Origin: a virus
Lineage: Duplodnaviria > Caudoviricetes
Virus record (IMG/VR): IMGVR_UViG_3300022851_000005
Coordinates: 1-58,779 of that record
DNA: 58,779 bases
Strand: one strand, 5' to 3'
Shown here one piece after another: positions 56,598 through 58,779 of the stretch (positions within the stretch are counted from its first letter, which is position 1; the number at the start of each line of letters is the position of its first letter). The notes beneath the pieces were generated by a model. It had not been told where the DNA came from, searched no databases, and saw only the letters and a list, made by a program, of their open reading frames with translations. The translations under genes and the position numbers were made by a program.

Positions 56598-56829
56598 TGA
56601 AACATATGAGGATTTTATGTCTCTTCTTGATCAACTTCAAAATTCTTTAACCGAATTGAATTTTATGATTTTTTCTAAGAGGCAAGAAACTATTCTAGAT
56701 TCTTTAGAAGAAGATAAAGAAAAAGATTCTTAAAGTTTTGGGGATATTACGGCAGCAAAGTATAGAGGATACTCTTATAAAAGTTAGGAATGATAAAATT
56801 CAGCCCGTCCTAGCATCCCAAATTCAATA

Positions 56830-56906
56830 GGGCCGATAGCTCAGTTGGTTAGAGCTTCTCACTCATAATGAGACGGTCGTAGGTTCAAGTCCTACTCGGC
56901 CCACCA
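56830..56906 (+). tRNA. tRNA with CAT anticodon (Ile2 or elongator Met), CCA encoded
   Basis: GGGCCGA/TCGGCCC acceptor, D-arm GCTC..GAGC, TCTCA-CTCATAA-TGAGA, GTAGG-TTCAAGT-CCTAC, ACCA. Confidence 0.95.
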
Positions 56907-56910
56907 AAAT

Positions 56911-57010
56911 GCGGGGTTGTCGTGATCGGCAATAGATAGAAGTTCTTATAATCAGCGCTGAGCCTAAGAGTTTCTGGAATGTCAAGGTTTGATTCCTTGG
57001 CCTCGCTCCA
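56911..57010 (+). ncRNA. Non-canonical tRNA-like RNA with extended anticodon-position arm
   Basis: GCGGGGT/GCCTCGC-T-CCA acceptor, CAAGG-TTTGATT-CCTTG T-arm, 11-bp stem agaagttctta/taagagtttct. Confidence 0.65.
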
Positions 57011-57077
57011 TATTTAAAGGAATGACTGCGCCCGTCTGACAAAAGACAGTCACTATTTTATATAAAGGTATATAAAT

Positions 57078-57254
57078 ATGAGTAACGGAGATAACGAGAC
57101 TATACAGGCGCTAAAGGCTGCGCTGCGGGAGGCTGATTGCCCCGAGTCCTGTCACAACGGCGGGATTTACTTTGATTTAGGTCATGGTGATTTTGATTTA
57201 GAACGCTGCCCTTGGTGCGCTAACCGTGATGAGTTAATAGGAGAATCAGAATGA
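57078..57254 (+). CDS. Small Zn-finger hypothetical protein (58 aa, not in track)
   Basis: RBS aaggt; CPESC...CPWC; ATGA coupling to next gene. Confidence 0.55.
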   Translation: MSNGDNETIQALKAALREADCPESCHNGGIYFDLGHGDFDLERCPWCANRDELIGESE

Positions 57255-57589
57255 GTTTAGAAATATGCTTCGAATGTGACTCCCGAGGGGCAGAGATCAA
57301 GCGCCTAACCGCTGAACGTAACGCGCTGCGGGAGCAGTTGAAAAAACAGTTGGAAGATCGAATAACACTGCCAACAGTACCGCCTGCAGGGCTATTGCTA
57401 TCAATGGCAATTAGGTTCGACCACGGACTAGGAGTACAGGGCTATTATGATGATCCTGTGTTCGGGCCACCATCGCACCAAAAGCGGCTAGAAAGCACCA
57501 TAAGAACAATGCATCAATTGTATGAAGAAGTTTCGGGCAGCGGTTTCTTTACTTATCCCATACCACAGGATAACGGGAGTGATGTATGA
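57251..57589 (+). CDS. Hypothetical protein
   Basis: RBS aggag; LL.SMAIR.DHGLG...M.QLYEEVSG.GFF phage motif. Confidence 0.7.
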   Translation: MSLEICFECDSRGAEIKRLTAERNALREQLKKQLEDRITLPTVPPAGLLLSMAIRFDHGLGVQGYYDDPVFGPPSHQKRLESTIRTMHQLYEEVSGSGFFTYPIPQDNGSDV

Positions 57590-57792
57590 ACTACACCTAC
57601 ATACTAGGCGGCAGCCTAGAATTAAACGTCGAATACAGCGTGACAAAAGACGAACCAGACGTGAACTATTTCAGCGAGGTGGTTATAGAGACGGTCTATC
57701 TGCCTGACGGGTCGGAGTTTGAGATTGATGATATTAGAATCGGCAATTATTCGCTTGAGGCTTTGATGAAAGAATCGGCCAATGACGCATAA
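57586..57792 (+). CDS. Hypothetical protein
   Basis: RBS ggag; ATGA coupling. Confidence 0.6.
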   Translation: MNYTYILGGSLELNVEYSVTKDEPDVNYFSEVVIETVYLPDGSEFEIDDIRIGNYSLEALMKESANDA

Positions 57793-57837
57793 CGGGATTA
57801 ACTTTGCTGATTAACAACATAATACGAGGTTTATAGT

Positions 57838-58095
57838 ATGAAAGATATGCCACGGGTGATACACGTTCACGTTTACGAGGACTACCTGCCTCACTTCGAG
57901 GATCAAGGAAAAGTTTGGCGAGTGTCAGACCATAAACCGCCAGCAGATATTGATTGTCACACTACGCCTTGGGTCGATAAGGCTCTGGTGGATGAGTTGA
58001 TAGAGGCCGCTGAGTATTGCATCAAGCAGCACGACTCTTACGATATTGAGGATTTAGCCAAAGCCATAGCAGCCATACAGGGAGAGGGGGAATGA
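57838..58095 (+). CDS. Hypothetical protein
   Basis: RBS gaggt. Confidence 0.6.
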   Translation: MKDMPRVIHVHVYEDYLPHFEDQGKVWRVSDHKPPADIDCHTTPWVDKALVDELIEAAEYCIKQHDSYDIEDLAKAIAAIQGEGE

Positions 58096-58343
58096 GTATT
58101 GAAAAAACAAATTATTTAGGCGGCCCTGTTGCCATGTTTATGGCGGGAGCGTTTCCGTCAGATATTGCGGATAAATTCGGCACATCTCAGAGTGTGGCGG
58201 CTAATGAGATTAGGGCTCGCATCACCGCCCTAGAGGATGCTATTAAGGCGCACAGAAGTTCTTTCAGCGAAAGTGGATTTGACGACGATAGCCTATGGGC
58301 TGTATTGGGAGAGACACCAACAGCATTAGAGGAATCCAAGTGA
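58092..58343 (+). CDS. Hypothetical protein with HTH-like segment
   Basis: DIADKFGTSQSVA; ATGA coupling. Confidence 0.55.
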   Translation: MSIEKTNYLGGPVAMFMAGAFPSDIADKFGTSQSVAANEIRARITALEDAIKAHRSSFSESGFDDDSLWAVLGETPTALEESK

Positions 58344-58597
58344 AAACACTGGCACTACTTGCGCTCACACTAATACTGGCGGGCTGCCAAAGCAACGGAA
58401 AGTTACCATGCTCTAAGGACTTGAGCCGACCGTTGTCGTCCTGCCCACTGCCTAGAATACATAAGGGCCCTGAAGCAGAGTGGACTACGTTTAGATGTGA
58501 CTTCGCTACGATAACGGTAAGATCCTCAACGGTTGACGGCAGAGACTACTGCGCCTGCTTGGAAACAAAGAACAAACATAAGAGACACTGCCGCTAG
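58340..58597 (+). CDS. Cys-rich lipoprotein, paralog 2 (GTG start 58340)
   Basis: RBS gagga; lipobox LAGC; CSKDL..PLSSC. Confidence 0.7.
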   Translation: MKTLALLALTLILAGCQSNGKLPCSKDLSRPLSSCPLPRIHKGPEAEWTTFRCDFATITVRSSTVDGRDYCACLETKNKHKRHCR

Positions 58598-58652
58598 GTG
58601 GCTAAAGGAGTAGGTATGAACACAGAAGAACAGATTGAGATTGTAAAGGCTA

Positions 58653-58779
58653 ACGGGGCGGGGAAGCTGATCGAGGGGCGACACTTACACATTTCCGACT
58701 CGTGGCACCTGACAAGCCCATTTGAGCCTCTAAACTTTGCCGAGTATGAATACCGCATCAAAGAGCAGCCAGAGAGTAT
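58653..58779. repeat. Terminal direct repeat copy 2 (identical to 1-127)
   Basis: Exact match to window start. Confidence 0.95.

Noticed and set aside
1-58779. Reverse transcriptase (DGR/retron), integrase, RNA polymerase, introns/inteins, stop-codon reassignment
   Set aside because: No such motifs seen; core genes are uninterrupted, of normal length, and read in the standard code

Overview
Complete, circularly assembled genome of a lytic podovirus-type dsDNA phage. Bases 1-127 are repeated exactly at 58653-58779, giving a unit length of 58,652 bp; the overlap is most likely from assembly. The genome has two arms. The + strand arm starts at about 39.5 kb, runs through the assembly junction and ends at 14.24 kb. 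It carries small early genes, an ATP-grasp/GGCT/GATase/amidoligase cluster, ThyX, SSB, tRNA and tRNA-like RNAs, a T7-like primase-helicase, a family A DNA polymerase, nucleases and a class II ribonucleotide reductase. The - strand arm (38.48 to 14.24 kb) carries terminase, portal, scaffold, capsid, tail, ejection and lysis genes. No RNA polymerase or integrase is visible and the promoters are sigma70-type, so the organisation resembles Zobellviridae-like (SIO1/VpV262/RIO-1-type) phages; this is inference, no search was run. Main observations: (1) a 1885-aa virion protein whose ADP-ribosyltransferase-like domain is bracketed by five repeated x-x-GG-x-V motifs, with a stand-alone GPG-G-SDSIPARLSDGEFV protein encoded in the head operon, suggesting a processed polyprotein/effector-delivery system; (2) a type II hammerhead ribozyme between early genes; (3) two perfect sigma70 promoters placing +1 on the ATG (leaderless late mRNAs); (4) non-canonical tRNA-like and other structured RNAs; (5) an overprinted gene in the portal 3' end; (6) several paralog expansions among early genes; (7) palindrome and direct-repeat arrays at the probable physical genome ends. 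All product calls come from motif recognition by eye.
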